From the human T2T-CHM13v2.0 reference genome, Homo sapiens, in assembly GCF_009914755.1 (NCBI RefSeq), contig NC_060948.1: a stretch of 64,000 nucleotides of DNA. One strand, 5' to 3'. A program made the translations under genes and the position numbers. The first letter of the stretch is position 1; each line of letters starts with the position of its first letter. Under the pieces are notes generated by a model, which did no database searches, was not told where the DNA came from, and was given only the letters and a program-made list of their open reading frames with translations. Below, one piece after another: positions 13,801 to 28,570 of the stretch.

Positions 13801-14416
13801 TGAAATGGAATTGAAAAGAATGGGATCGAATACAATGGAATATACTGGAATGTAATGTAATGAACTCGAATGTAATTGACTGGAATGGAATGTACATGAA
13901 TGGAATGTAATCGAATGAAAAGTAATCCAATGGAATAGAATGTAATGCAATAAAATCGACTCAGATAGAGTAGAATGTAATGGAATGGAGTTCAGTGCAA
14001 TGGAATGGAATGGAATGGAATGCAATGGAATGGAATGGAATGGAATGGAATGGGATGGAATGGTATGGAATGGATAGTAATGGACTGGAGTGAAATGGAC
14101 TGGAATGGAATGGACTCAAATTGAAAGGGCTCGAAAGGAATGGAGACAAATGGAATGGTCTGGAATGGAATGAACACGAATGTAATGCAATCCAATAGAA
14201 TGGAGTCGAATGGCATGGAATATAAAGAAATGGAATCGAAGAGAATGGAAACAAATGGAATGGAATTGAATGGAATGGAATTGAATGGAATGGGAACGAA
14301 TGGAGTGAAATTGTATGCAGTAGAAGAGAATAGAATGGAATGCAAGCGAAAGGAAAGGAATGGATTGGAATGGAATGGAATTCATTGGAATGGAAGGGAA
14401 TGTAGTGTAATGGACA
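10884..14416 (+). repeat. Unit U4, 3533 bp, subtype A'
   Basis: A indels plus A' alleles gaaatgaatgg (~13021), aatcgcatag, tgacatcaaa (~13676), tgaaaagtaat and ggagttcagt (~13987). Confidence 0.92.
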
Positions 14417-17400
14417 GGCCTGGAATAAAGTGGAATGCTACGGTCTCGAATGGTATAAAAATGTATGGAATGGAATGCAATGAAACGGAATCGAATGTCA
14501 TAGAATGTAATGGAATGCAAAAAAATGGAATCCAAAATCATTGACTGGAAAGGCTGGGTGTCGAAAGGAATTGACTCCAATGGAATGGAATCGAATGGAA
14601 TGGAAGTGAATAGAATCGAACTAAATCGAATGGAATGGAATTGATAGGAACGGAATGGAAAGGAATGCAATGATTTGGCATGGAATGCAATCGAATGGCA
14701 TCGAATGGAATGGAATGGAATGCAATGGAATGGAATGTATTAGAATGTAATGAACTTTAATGGAATGTACTCGAATGGATTCGACTGGAATGGAATGTTC
14801 TGGAAGTGAATGGACTCCAATGGAATGGATTCCAAAGGAATGGAATCGTACGGAATGGAATCTAATGGAATGGAATTAAATGGAAATGAATCAAATTGAA
14901 TAGCACGGAATTGAATTGAATGGAATGGAATGCAATGGAATCTAATGAAACGGAAAGGAAAGGAATGGAATGGAATGGAATGGGCTGGAATGGAAAGGAA
15001 TCGAAACGAATGGAATGGAATCGAACTGAAGAGACTGGAATGGAATGCACTGGAATGGAAGGGGGTGTAATGGAAGGTTCTCGAAAAAAATGGAATCGAA
15101 TGGAATGGAATTGAATGGAACGGAATAGAGTCGAATGGAATTGAATGGAATGGAATGGACTAGAGTGAAATGGAATCGAACCACAAGGAATGGACAGGAA
15201 TAGAATGGTCTCGAATTGAATGGAATCATATGGAATGGCATCAAACGGAATGGAATGGACAGCCACGGAAAGGAATGCACTCGAATGCAATGGAGTCGAA
15301 ACTAATGGACTGGAATAGAATGGACTCGACTGGTACGGACTCAAATGGAATGGAATCGAATGGAAGGGAATCGAACGGAATGGACTCGAAGGGAAAAGAC
15401 TGCAATGGAAAGGTCTCGAATGGAATGGAAATTAATGGAATGGAATGGAATCGAAAGAAATGGAGTCAAAAGGAATGGAATCGAATGGCAAGAAATCGAA
15501 TGTAATGGAATCGCAAGGAATTGATGTGAACGGAATGGAATGGAATGGAATCCAAAGGAATGGAATAGAATGGAATGGAATCGAATGGAAAAGACTCGAA
15601 TGGAAATCACTCGAATAGAATGCAATTTAATAAAATAGGATCAAATGTAATGGAATGGAATGGAAAGCAATCGAAACGAAAGGAATGGAGACAGATGGAA
15701 TGGAATAGAACAGAGAGCAATGGTATAGAATGGAATGGAATCATCTGGAATGGAATTGAATGGAATGGAATAATATGAAATGGAATGGAATGGAATGGAA
15801 TGGAATGCCCTTGAATTAAATGGACTGGAATGGAATGGACTCGAACAGAGTGGAATGGAAAGTGTTGAGATAGAATGGAATGGACTCCTTTGGAATGGTG
15901 TAGTATGCAATACAATCGACTGGCAGGGAATCAAAAGGAATGTAATCGAATGGATTGGACTGGAATGCAATGGACTCGAATAGATTGCAAACGGAATGCA
16001 AAGGAATGGAATGGAATAGTATGGAATGGAATGGAAAGGAATGGAGTGGAATAGACTAGAGTGGAATGGAATGGACTGGAAAGCAATGGACTGGAATGGA
16101 ACTTTCTTGAATGGACTGGAATCAAACGGAATGGAATGCAATGCAATCAAATGGCATGGAATAAAATAGAATGAAAGAGAATCAAATGGAATTGAATCGA
16201 ATGGAATCGAATGGATTGGAAAGAATAGAATGGAATGGAATGGAATGGACTAGAATGGAATGGATTCGAATGGAAGGCAAAGGAATGGAATCTATTGGAA
16301 TGGACTGTAATGGAATGGAATGGAAGGGATTGGAATGGACTCGAATGGAATTGACTGCAATAGAAAGGATTCGAATGGAATGAAAAAGAATTGAATGGAA
16401 TAGAACAGAATGGAATCAAATCGAATGAAATGGAATGGAATAGAAAGGAATGGAATGAAATGGAATGGAAAGGATTCGAATGGAATGCAATCGAATGGAA
16501 TGGAATCGAACGGAATGGAATAAAATGGAAGAAAACTGGCAAGAAATGGAATCGAAAGGAATGGAGTGTTATGGAACGGACTCAAAAGGAATTGAATGTA
16601 ATAGAATGGAGTGGAGTGGACTCGAATATAATGGACTGGAATGGAATGAAATCACATGGAATGGGAACGAATGGAATGGAATGGAAAGGAATGGAATGGA
16701 ATGGAAAGGAATCGAATGGAAGGGAATGAAATTGAATCAACAGGAATGGAAGGGAATAGAATAGACGGTAATGGAATGGACTCGAATAGAATGGACACGA
16801 ATGCTCAAATTGAGTGGACTCGAAAGGAATGGAAAGGAAAGGAATGTCATCGAATGGAATTGAATCGATTGGAATGAAATGGCATAGAATGGAGTGGAAT
16901 CAAATGGAATTGAATCGAAAGGAAAGGAAGCGAATGGACTGAAATGAAATGGAATGGAATTGAATGGAAAGTAATGCAATGGAATAGAATGGAACGAAAT
17001 TTCACGGAATGGAATCAAACTGAATGGAATCAAATCAATGGAATCTAATCAAATGGAATGGAAAGGAATTGAATGGAGTAGATTGGATTGGATGGGATTG
17101 GAATGAAATGTACTGGAAAGGACTCGAATTTCATGAAACGGAATGGAATGAATTGGAACGGAATGGACTCGAATGGAATGGAATGTCATCGAATGGCATC
17201 AAATGGAATGGCATCAAATGGAATGGAATCGAATGCAATGGAATGCTATGGAATGGAATGGAATGCATTGGAATGGAATGTCCTCTAATGGAATGGATTC
17301 GAGTGGAATGGAATCGAATATAATGGAGTCGAATGAAATGGAATTGAAAAGAATGGGATCGAATACAATGGAATATACTGGAATGTAATGTAATGAACTC

Positions 17401-17949
17401 GAATGTAATTGACTGGAATGGAATGTACATGAATGGAATGTAATCGAATGGAAAGTAATCCAATGGAATAGAATGTAATGCAATAAAATCGACTCAGATA
17501 GAGTAGAATGTAATGGAATGGAGTGCAGTGCAATGGAATGGAATGGAATGGAATGCAATGGAATGGAATGGAATGGAATGGAATGGGATGGAATGGTATG
17601 GAATGGATAGTAATGGACTGGAGTGAAATGGACTGGAATGGAATGGACTCAAATTGAAAGGGCTCGAAAGGAATGGAGACAAATGGAATGGTCTGGAATG
17701 GAATGAACACGAATGTAATGCAATCCAATAGAATGGAGTCGAATGGCATGGAATATAAAGAAATGGAATCGAAGAGAATGGAAACAAATGGAATGGAATT
17801 GAATGGAATGGAATTGAATGGAATGGGAACGAATGGAGTGAAATTGTATGCAGTAGAAGAGAATAGAATGGAATGCAAGCGAAAGGAAAGGAATGGATTG
17901 GAATGGAATGGAATTCATTGGAATGGAAGGGAATGTAGTGTAATGGACA
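14417..17949 (+). repeat. Unit U5, 3533 bp, subtype A
   Basis: A indels. Shares ggactcaaat, cgaaagaaat with U1 and U3. Private gggggtgtaa at 15061. Confidence 0.92.
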
Positions 17950-20900
17950 GGCCTGGAATAAAGTGGAATGCTACGGTCTCGAATGGTATAAAAATGTATG
18001 GAATGGAATGCAATGAAACGGAATCGAATGTCATAGAATGTAATGGAATGCAAAAAAATGGAATCCAAAATCATTGACTGGAAAGGCTGGGTGTCGAAAG
18101 GAATTGACTCCAATGGAATGGAATCGAATGGAATGGAAGTGAATAGAATCGAACTAAATCGAATGGAATGGAATTGATAGGAACGGAATGGAAAGGAATG
18201 CAATGATTTGGCATGGAATGGAATCGAATGGCATCGAATGGAATGGAATGGAATGCAATGGAATGGAATGTATTAGAATGTAATGAACTTTAATGGAATG
18301 TACTCGAATGGATTCGACTGGAATGGAATGTTCTGGAAGTGAATGGACTCCAATGGAATGGATTCCAAAGGAATGGAATCGTACGGAATGGAATCTAATG
18401 GAATGGAATTAAATGGAAATGAATCAAATTGAATAGCACGGAATTGAATTGAATGGAATGGAATGCAATGGAATCTAATGAAACGGAAAGGAAAGGAATG
18501 GAATGGAATGGAATGGGCTGGAATGGAAAGGAATCGAAACGAATGGAATGGAATCGAACTGAAGAGACTGGAATGGAATGCACTGGAATGGAAGGGAGTG
18601 TAATGGAAGGTTCTCGAAAAAAATGCAATCGAATGGAATGGAATTGAATGGAACGGAATAGAGTCGAATGGAATTGAATGGAATGGAATGGACTAGAGTG
18701 AAATGGAATCGAACCACAAGGAATGGACAGGAATAGAATGGTCTCGAATTGAATGGAATCGTATGGAATGGCATCAAACGGAATGGAATGGACAGCCACG
18801 GAATGGAATGCACTCGAATGCAATGGAGTCGAAACTAATGGACTGGAATAGAATGGACTCGACTGGTACGGACTCCAATGGAATGGAATCGAATGGAAGG
18901 GAATCGAACGGAATGGACTCGAAGGGAAAAGACTGCAATGGAAAGGTCTCGAATGGAATGGAAATTAATTGAATGGAATGGAATCGAATGAAATGGAGTC
19001 AAAAGGAATGGAATCGAATGGCAAGAAATCGAATGTAATGGAATCGCAAGGAATTGATGTGAACGGAACGGAATGGAATGGAATCCAAAGGAATGGAATA
19101 GAATGGAATGGAATCGAATGGAAAGGACTCGAATGGAAATCACTCGAATAGAATGCAATTTAATAAAATAGGATCAAATGTAATGGAATGGAATGGAAAG
19201 GAATCGAAACGAAAGGAATGGAGACAGATGGAATGGAATGGAACAGAGAGCAATGGTATAGAATGGAATGGAATCATCTGGAATGGAATTGAATGGAATG
19301 GAATAATATGAAATGGAATGGAATGGAATGGAATGGAATGCCCTTGAATTAAATGGACCGGACTCGAACAGAGTGGAATGGAAAGTGTTGAGATAGAATG
19401 GAATGGACTCCTTTGGAATGGTGTAGTATGCAATGCAATCGACTGGCAGGGAATCAAAAGGAATGTAATGGAATGGATTGGACTGGAATGCAATGGACTC
19501 GAATAGATTGGAAACGGAATGCAAAGGAATAGAATGGAATAGTATGGAATGGAATGGAAAGGAATGGAGTGGAATAGACTAGAGTGGAATGGAATGGACT
19601 GGAAAGCAATGGACTGGAATGGAACTTTCTTGAATGGACTGGAATCAAACGGAATGGAATGCAATGCAATCAAATGGCATGGAATAAAATAGAATGAAAG
19701 AGAATCAAATGGAATTGAATCGAATGGAATCGAATGGATTGGAAAGGAATAGAATGGAATGGAATGGAATTGACTCAAATGGAATGGACTAGAATGGAAT
19801 GGATTCGAATGGAAGGCAAAGGAATGGAATCTATTGGAATGGACTGTAATGGAATGGAATGGAAGGGATTGGAATGGACTCAAATGGAATGGACTGCAAT
19901 AGAAAGGACTCGAATGGAATGAAAAAGAATTGAATGGAATAGAACAGAATGGAATCAAATCGAATGAAATGGAATGGAATAGAAAGGAATGGAATGAAAT
20001 GGAATGGAAAGGATTCGAATGGAATGCAATCGAATGGAATGGAATCGAACGGAATGGAATAAAATGGAAGAAAACTGGCAAGAAATGGAATCGAAAGGAA
20101 TGGAGTGTTATGGAACGGACTCAAAAGGAATTGAATGTAATAGAATGGAGTGGAGTGGACTCGAATATAATGGACTGGAATGGAATGAAATCACATGGAA
20201 TGGGAACGAATGGAATGGAATGGAAAGGAATGGAATGGAATGGAAAGGAATCGAATGGAAGGGAATGAAATTGAATCAACAGGAATGGAAGGGAATAGAA
20301 TAGACGGTAATGGAATGGACTCGAATAGAATGGACACGAATGCTCAAATTGAATGGACTCGAATGGAATGGAAACGAAAGGAATGTCATCGAATGGAATT
20401 GAATCGATTGGAATGAAATGGCATAGAATGGAGTGGAATCAAATGGAATTGAATCGAAAGGAAAGGAAGCGAATGGACTGAAATGAAATGGAATGGAATT
20501 GAATGGAAAGTAATGCAATGGAATAGAATGGAACGAAATTTCACGGAATGGAATCAAACTGAATGGAATCAAATCAATGGAATCTAATCAAATGGAATGG
20601 AAAGGAATTGAATGGAATAGATTGGATTGGATGGGATTGGAATGAAATGTACTGGAAAGGACTCGAATTTCATGAAACGGAATGGAATGAATTGGAACGG
20701 AGTGGACTCGAATGGAATGGAATGTCATGGAATGGCATCAAATGGAATGGCATCAAATGGAATGGAATCGAATGCAATAGAATGCTATGGAATGGAATGG
20801 AATGCATTGGAATGGAATGTCCTCTAATGGAATGGATTCGAGTGGAATGGAATCGAATATAATGGAGTCGAATGAAATGGAATTGAAAGGAATGGGATCG

Positions 20901-21498
20901 AATACAATGGAATATACTGGAATGTAATGTAATGAACTCGAATGTAATTGACTGGAATGGAATGTACATGAATGGAATGTAATCGAATGGAAAGTAATCC
21001 AATGGAATAGAATCTAATGCAATAAAATCGACTCAGATAGAGTAGAATGTAATGGAATGGAGTGCAGTGCAATGCAATTGAATGGAATGGAATGCAATGG
21101 AATGGAATGGAATGGAATGGAATGGAATGGAATGGAATGGAATGGAATGGGATGGAATGGTATGGAATGGATAGTAATGGACTGGAGTGAAATGGACTGG
21201 AAAGGAATGGACTCAAATTGAAAGGGCTCGAAAGGAATGGAGTCAAATGGAATGGTCTGGAATGGAATGAACACGAATGTAATGCAATCCAATAGAATGG
21301 AATCGAATGGCATGGAATATAAAGAAATGGAATCGAAGAGAATGGAAACAAATGGAATGGAATTGAATGGAATGGGAACGAATGGAGTGAAATTGTATGC
21401 AGTAGAAGAGAATAGAATGGAATGCAAGCGAAAGGAAAGGAATGGATTGGAATGGAATGGAATTCATTGGAATGGAAGGGAATGTAGTGTAATGGACA
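17950..21498 (+). repeat. Unit U6, 3549 bp, subtype B
   Basis: CCGG at 19358-19361, ttgactcaaa present, (GGAAT)10 tract. Confidence 0.92.
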
Positions 21499-24400
21499 GG
21501 CCTGGAATAAAGTGGAATGCTACGGTCTCGAATGGAATAAAAATGTATGGAATGGAATGCAATGAAACGGAATCGAATGTCATAGAATGTAATGGAATGC
21601 AAAAAAATGGAATCCAAAATCATTGACTGGAAAGGCTGGGTGTCGAAAGGAATTGACTCCAATGGAATGGAATCGAATGGAATGGAAGTGAATAGAATCG
21701 AACTAAATCGAATGGAATGGAATTGATAGGAACGGAATGGAAAGGAATGCAATGATTTGGCATGGAATGGAATCGAATGGCATCGAATGGAATGGAATGG
21801 AATGCAATGGAATGGAATGTATTAGAATGTAATGAACTTTAATGGAATGTACTCGAATGGATTCGACTGGAATGGAATGTTCTGGAAGTGAATGGACTGC
21901 AATGGAATGGATTCAAAAGGAATGGAATCGTACGGAATGGAATCTAATGGAATGGAATTAAATGGAAATGAATCAAATTGAATAGCACGGAATTGAATTG
22001 AATGGAATGGAATGCAATGGAATCTAATGAAACGGAAAGGAAAGGAATGAAATGGAATGGAATGGACTGGAATGGAAAGGAATCGAAACGAATGGAATGG
22101 AATCGAACTGAAGAGACTGGAATGGAATGCACTGGAATGGAAGGGAGTGTAATGGAAGGTTCTCGAAAAAAATGCAATCGAATGGAATGGAATTGAATGG
22201 AACGGAATAGAGTCGAATGGAATTGAATGGAATGGAATGGACTAGAGTGAAATGGAATCGAACCACAAGGAATGGACAGGAATAGAATGGTCTCGAATTG
22301 AATGGAATCGTATGGAATGGCATCAAACGGAATGGAATGGACAGCCACGGAATGGAATGCACTCGAATGCAATGGAGTCGAAACTAATGGACTGGAATAG
22401 AATGGACTCGACTGGTACGGACTCCAATGGAATGGAATCGAATGGAAGGGAATCGAACGGAATGGACTCGAAGGGAAAAGACTGCAATGGAAAGGTCTCG
22501 AATGGAATGGAAATTAATGGAATGGAATGGAATCGAATGAAATGGAGTCAAAAGGAATGGAATCGAATGGCAAGAAATCGAATGTAATGGAATCGCAAGG
22601 AATTGATGTGAACGGAATGGAATGGAATGGAATCCAAAGGAATGGAATAGAATGGAATGGAATCGAATGGAAAGGACTCGAATGGAAATCACTCGAATAG
22701 AATGCAATTTAATAAAATAGGATCAAATGTAATGGAATGGAATGGAAAGCAATCGAAACGAAAGGAATGGAGACAGATGGAATGGAATAGAACAGAGAGC
22801 AATGGTATAGAATGGAATGGAATCATCTGGAATGGAATTGAATGGAATGGAATAATATGAAATGGAATGGAATGGAATGGAAGGGAATGCCCTTGAATTA
22901 AATGGACTGGAATGGAATGGACTCGAACAGAGTGGAATGGAAAGTGTTGAAATAGAATGGAATGGACTCCTTTGGAATGGTGTAGTATGCAATACAATCG
23001 ACTGGCAGGGAATCAAAAGGAATGTAATCGAATGGATTGGACTGGAATGCAATGGACTCGAATAGATTGCAAACGGAATGCAAAGGAATGGAATGGAATA
23101 GTATGGAATGGAATGGAAAGGAATGGAGTGGAATAGACTAGAGTGGAATGGAATGGACTGGAAAGCAATGGACTGGAATGGAACTTTCTTGAATGGACTG
23201 GAATCAAACGGAATGGAATGCAATGCAATCAAATGGCATGGAATAAAATAGAATGAAAGAGAATCAAATGGAATTGAATCGAATGGAATCGAATGGATTG
23301 GAAAGAATAGAATGGAATGGAATGGAATGGACTAGAATGGAATGGATTCGAATGGAAGGCAAAGGAATGGAATCTATTGGAATGGACTGTAATGGAATGG
23401 AATGGAAGGGATTGGAATGGACTCGAATGGAATTGACTGCAATAGAAAGGATTCGAATGGAATGAAAAAGAATTGAATGGAATAGAACAGAATGGAATCA
23501 AATCGAATGAAATGGAATGGAATAGAAAGGAATAGAATGAAATGGAATGGAAAGGATTCGAATGGAATGCAATCGAATGGAATGGAATCGAACGGAATGG
23601 AATAAAATGGAAGAAAACTGGCAAGAAATGGAATCGAAATGAATGGAGTGTTATGGAACGGACTCAAAAGGAATTGAATGTAATAGAATGGAGTGGAGTG
23701 GACTCGAATATAATGGACTGGAATGGAATGAAATCACATGGAATGGGAACGAATGGAATGGAATGGAAAGGAATGGAATCGAATGGAAAGGAATCGAATG
23801 GAAGGGAATGAAATTGAATCAACAGGAATGGAAGGGAATAGAATAGACGGTAATGGAATGGACTCGAATAGAATGGACACGAATGCTCAAATTGAATGTA
23901 CTCGAAAGGAATGGAAAGGAAAGGAATGTCATCGAATGGAATTGAATCGATTGGAATGAAATCGCATAGAATGGAGTGGAATCAAATGGAATTGAATCGA
24001 AAGGAAAGGAAGCGAATGGACTGAAATGAAATGGAATGGAATTGAATGGAAAGTAATGCAATGGAATAGAATGGAACGAAATTTCACGGAATGGAATCAA
24101 ACTGAATGGAATCAAATCAATGGAATCTAATCAAATGGAATGGAAAGGAATTGAATGGAGTAGATTGGATTGGATGGGATTGGAATGAAATGTACTGGAA
24201 AGGACTCGAATTTCATGAAACGGAATGGAATGAATTGGAACGGAATGGACTCGAATGGAATGGAATGTCATCGAATGGCATCAAATGGAATGACATCAAA
24301 TGGAATGGAATCGAATGCAATGGAATGCTATGGAATGGAATGGAATGCATTGGAATGGAATGTCCTCTAATGGAATGGATTCGAGTGGAATGGAATCGAA

Positions 24401-25031
24401 TATAATGGAGTCGAATGAAATGGAATTGAAAAGAATGGGATCGAATACAATGGAATATACTGGAATGTAATGTAATGAACTCGAATGTAATTGACTGGAA
24501 TGGAATGTACATGAATGGAATGTAATCGAATGAAAAGTAATCCAATGGAATAGAATGTAATGCAATAAAATCGACTCAGATAGAGTAGAATGTAATGGAA
24601 TGGAGTTCAGTGCAATGGAATGGAATGGAATGGAATGCAATGGAATGGAATGGAATGGAATGGAATGGGATGGAATGGTATGGAATGGATAGTAATGGAC
24701 TGGAGTGAAATGGACTGGAATGGAATGGACTCAAATTGAAAGGGCTCGAAAGGAATGGAGACAAATGGAATGGTCTGGAATGGAATGAACACGAATGTAA
24801 TGCAATCCAATAGAATGGAGTCGAATGGCATGGAATATAAAGAAATGGAATCGAAGAGAATGGAAACAAATGGAATGGAATTGAATGGAATGGAATTGAA
24901 TGGAATGGGAACGAATGGAGTGAAATTGTATGCAGTAGAAGAGAATAGAATGGAATGCAAGCGAAAGGAAAGGAATGGATTGGAATGGAATGGAATTCAT
25001 TGGAATGGAAGGGAATGTAGTGTAATGGACA
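21499..25031 (+). repeat. Unit U7, 3533 bp, subtype A'
   Basis: A indels plus the full A' allele set (tgacatcaaa ~24291, ggagttcag ~24602). Confidence 0.92.
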
Positions 25032-28000
25032 GGCCTGGAATAAAGTGGAATGCTACGGTCTCGAATGGTATAAAAATGTATGGAATGGAATGCAATGAAA
25101 CGGAATCGAATGTCATAGAATGTAATGGAATGCAAAAAAATGGAATCCAAAATCATTGACTGGAAAGGCTGGGTATCGAAAGGAATTGACTCCAATGGAA
25201 TGGAATCGAATGGAATGGAAGTGAATAGAATCGAACTAAATCGAATGGAATGGAATTGATAGGAACGGAATGGAAAGGAATGCAATGATTTGGCATGGAA
25301 TGCAATCGAATGGCATCGAATGGAATGGAATGGAATGCAATGGAATGGAATGTATTAGAATGTAATGAACTTTAATGGAATGTACTCGAATGGATTCGAC
25401 TGGAATGGAATGTTCTGGAAGTGAATGGACTCCAATGGAATGGATTCCAAAGGAATGGAATCGTACGGAATGGAATCTAATGGAATGGAATTAAATGGAA
25501 ATGAATCAAATTGAATAGCACGGAATTGAATTGAATGGAATGGAATGCAATGGAATCTAATGAAACGGAAAGGAAAGGAATGGAATGGAATGGAATGGGC
25601 TGGAATGGAAAGGAATCGAAACGAATGGAATGGAATCGAAGTGAAGAGACTGGAATGGAATGCACTGGAATGGAAGGGAGTGTAATGGAAGGTTCTCGAA
25701 AAAAATGGAATCGAATGGAATGGAATTGAATGGAACGGAATAGAGTCGAATGGAATTGAATGGAATGGAATGGACTAGAGTGAAATGGAATCGAACCACA
25801 AGGAATGGACAGGAATAGAATGGTCTCGAATTGAATGGAATCGTATGGAATGGCATCAAACGGAATGGAATGGACAGCCACGGAATGGAATGCACTCGAA
25901 TGCAATGGAGTCGAAACTAATGGACTGGAATAGAATGGACTCGACTGGTACGGACTCCAATGGAATGGAATCGAATGGAAGGGAATCGAACGGAATGGAC
26001 TCGAAGGGAAAAGACTGCAATGGAAAGGTCTCGAATGGAATGGAAATTAATGGAATGGAATGGAATCGAATGAAATGGAGTCAAAAGGAATGGAATCGAA
26101 TGGCAAGAAATCGAATGTAATGGAATCGCAAGGAATTGATGTGAACGGAACGGAATGGAATGGAATCCAAAGGAATGGAATATAATGGAATGGAATCGAA
26201 TGGAAAGGACTCGAATGGAAATCACTCGAATAGAATGCAATTTAATAAAATAGGATCAAATGTAATGGAATGGAATGGAAAGGAATCGAAACGAAAGGAA
26301 TGGAGACAGATGGAATGGAATGGAACAGAGAGCAATGGTATAGAATGGAATGGAATCATCTGGAATGGAATTGAATGGAATGGAATAATATGAAATGGAA
26401 TGGAATGGAATGGAATGGAATGCCCTTGAATTAAATGGACCGGACTCGAACAGAGTGGAATGGAAAGTGTTGAGATAGAATGGAATGGACTCCTTTGGAA
26501 TGGTGTAGTATGCAATGCAATCGACTGGCAGGGAATCAAAAGGAATGTAATGGAATGGATTGGACTGGAATGCAATGGACTCGAATAGATTGGAAACGGA
26601 ATGCAAAGGAATAGAATGGAATAGTATGGAATGGAATGGAAAGGAATGGAGTGGAATAGACTAGAGTGGAATGGAATGGACTGGAAAGCAATGGACTGGA
26701 ATGGAACTTTCTTGAATGGACTGGAATCAAACGGAATGGAATGCAATGCAATCAAATGGCATGGAATAAAATAGAATGAAAGAGAATCAAATGGAATTGA
26801 ATTGAATGGAATCGAATGGATTGGAAAGGAATAGAATGGAATGGAATGGAATTGACTCAAATGGAATGGACTAGAATGGAATGGATTCGAATGGAAGGCA
26901 AAGGAATGGAATCTATTGGAATGGACTGTAATGGAATGGAATGGAAGGGATTGGAATGGACTCGAATGGAATGGACTGCAATAGAAAGGACTCGAATGGA
27001 ATGAAAAAGAATTGAATGGAATAGAACAGAATGGAATCAAATCGAATGAAATGGAATGGAATAGAAAGGAATGGAATGAAATGGAATGGAAAGGATTCGA
27101 ATGGAATGCAATCGAATGGAATGGAATCGAACGGAATGGAATAAAATGGAAGAAAACTGGCAAGAAATGGAATCGAAAGGAATGGAGTGTTATGGAACGG
27201 ACTCAAAAGGAATTGAATGTAATAGAATGGAGTGGAGTGGACTCGAATATAATGGACTGGAATGGAATGAAATCACATGGAATGGGAACGAATGGAATGG
27301 AATGGAAAGGAATGGAATCGAATGGAAAGGAATCGAATGGAAGGGAATGAAATTGAATCAACAGGAATGGAAGGGAATAGAATAGACGGTAATGGAATGG
27401 ACTCGAATAGAATGGACACGAATGCTCAAATTGAATGGACTCGAATGGAATGGAAAGGAAAGGAATGTCATCGAATGGAATTGAATCGATTGGAATGAAA
27501 TCGCATAGAATGGAGTGGAATCAAATGGAATTGAATCGAAAGGAAAGGAAGCGAATGGACTGAAATGAAATGGAATGGAATTGAATGGAAAGTAATGCAA
27601 TGGAATAGAATGGAACGAAATTTCACGGAATGGAATCAAACTGAATGGAATCAAATCAATGGAATCTAATCAAATGGAATGGAAAGGAATTGAATGGAGT
27701 AGATTGGATTGGATGGGATTGGAATGAAATGTACTGGAAAGGACTCGAATTTCATGAAACGGAATGGAATGAATTGGAACGGAATGGACTCGAATGGAAT
27801 GGAATGTCATCGAATGGCATCAAATGGAATGGCATCAAATGGAATGGAATCGAATGCAATGGAATGCTATGGAATGGAATGGAATGCATTGGAATGGAAT
27901 GTCCTCTAATGGAATGGATTCGAGTGGAATGGAATCGAATATAATGGAGTCGAATGAAATGGAATTGAAAAGAATGGGATCGAATACAATGGAATATACT

Positions 28001-28570
28001 GGAATGTAATGTAATGAACTCGAATGTAATTGACTGGAATGGAATGTACATGAATGGAATGTAATCGAATGGAAAGTAATCCAATGGAATAGAATGTAAT
28101 GCAATAAAATCGACTCAGATAGAGTAGAATGTAATGGAATGGAGTGCAGTGCAATGGAATGGAATGGAATGGAATGCAATGGAATGGAATGGAATGGAAT
28201 GGAATGGGATGGAATGGTATGGAATGGATAGTAATGGACTGGAGTGAAATGGACTGGAATGGAATGGACTCAAATTGAAAGGGCTCGAAAGGAATGGAGA
28301 CAAATGGAATGGTCTGGAATGGAATGAACACGAATGTAATGCAATCCAATAGAATGGAGTCGAATGGCATGGAATATAAAGAAATGGAATCGAAGAGAAT
28401 GGAAACAAATGGAATGGAATTGAATGGAATGGAATTGAATGGAATGGGAACGAATGGAGTGAAATTGTATGCAGTAGAAGAGAATAGAATGGAATGCAAG
28501 CGAAAGGAAAGGAATGGATTGGAATGGAATGGAATTCATTGGAATGGAAGGGAATGTAGTGTAATGGACA
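25032..28570 (+). repeat. Unit U8, 3539 bp, B/A hybrid
   Basis: B alleles up to 27446 (CCGG 26440-26443), A alleles from 27457 onward (agacaaat, (GGAAT)5). Confidence 0.88.
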
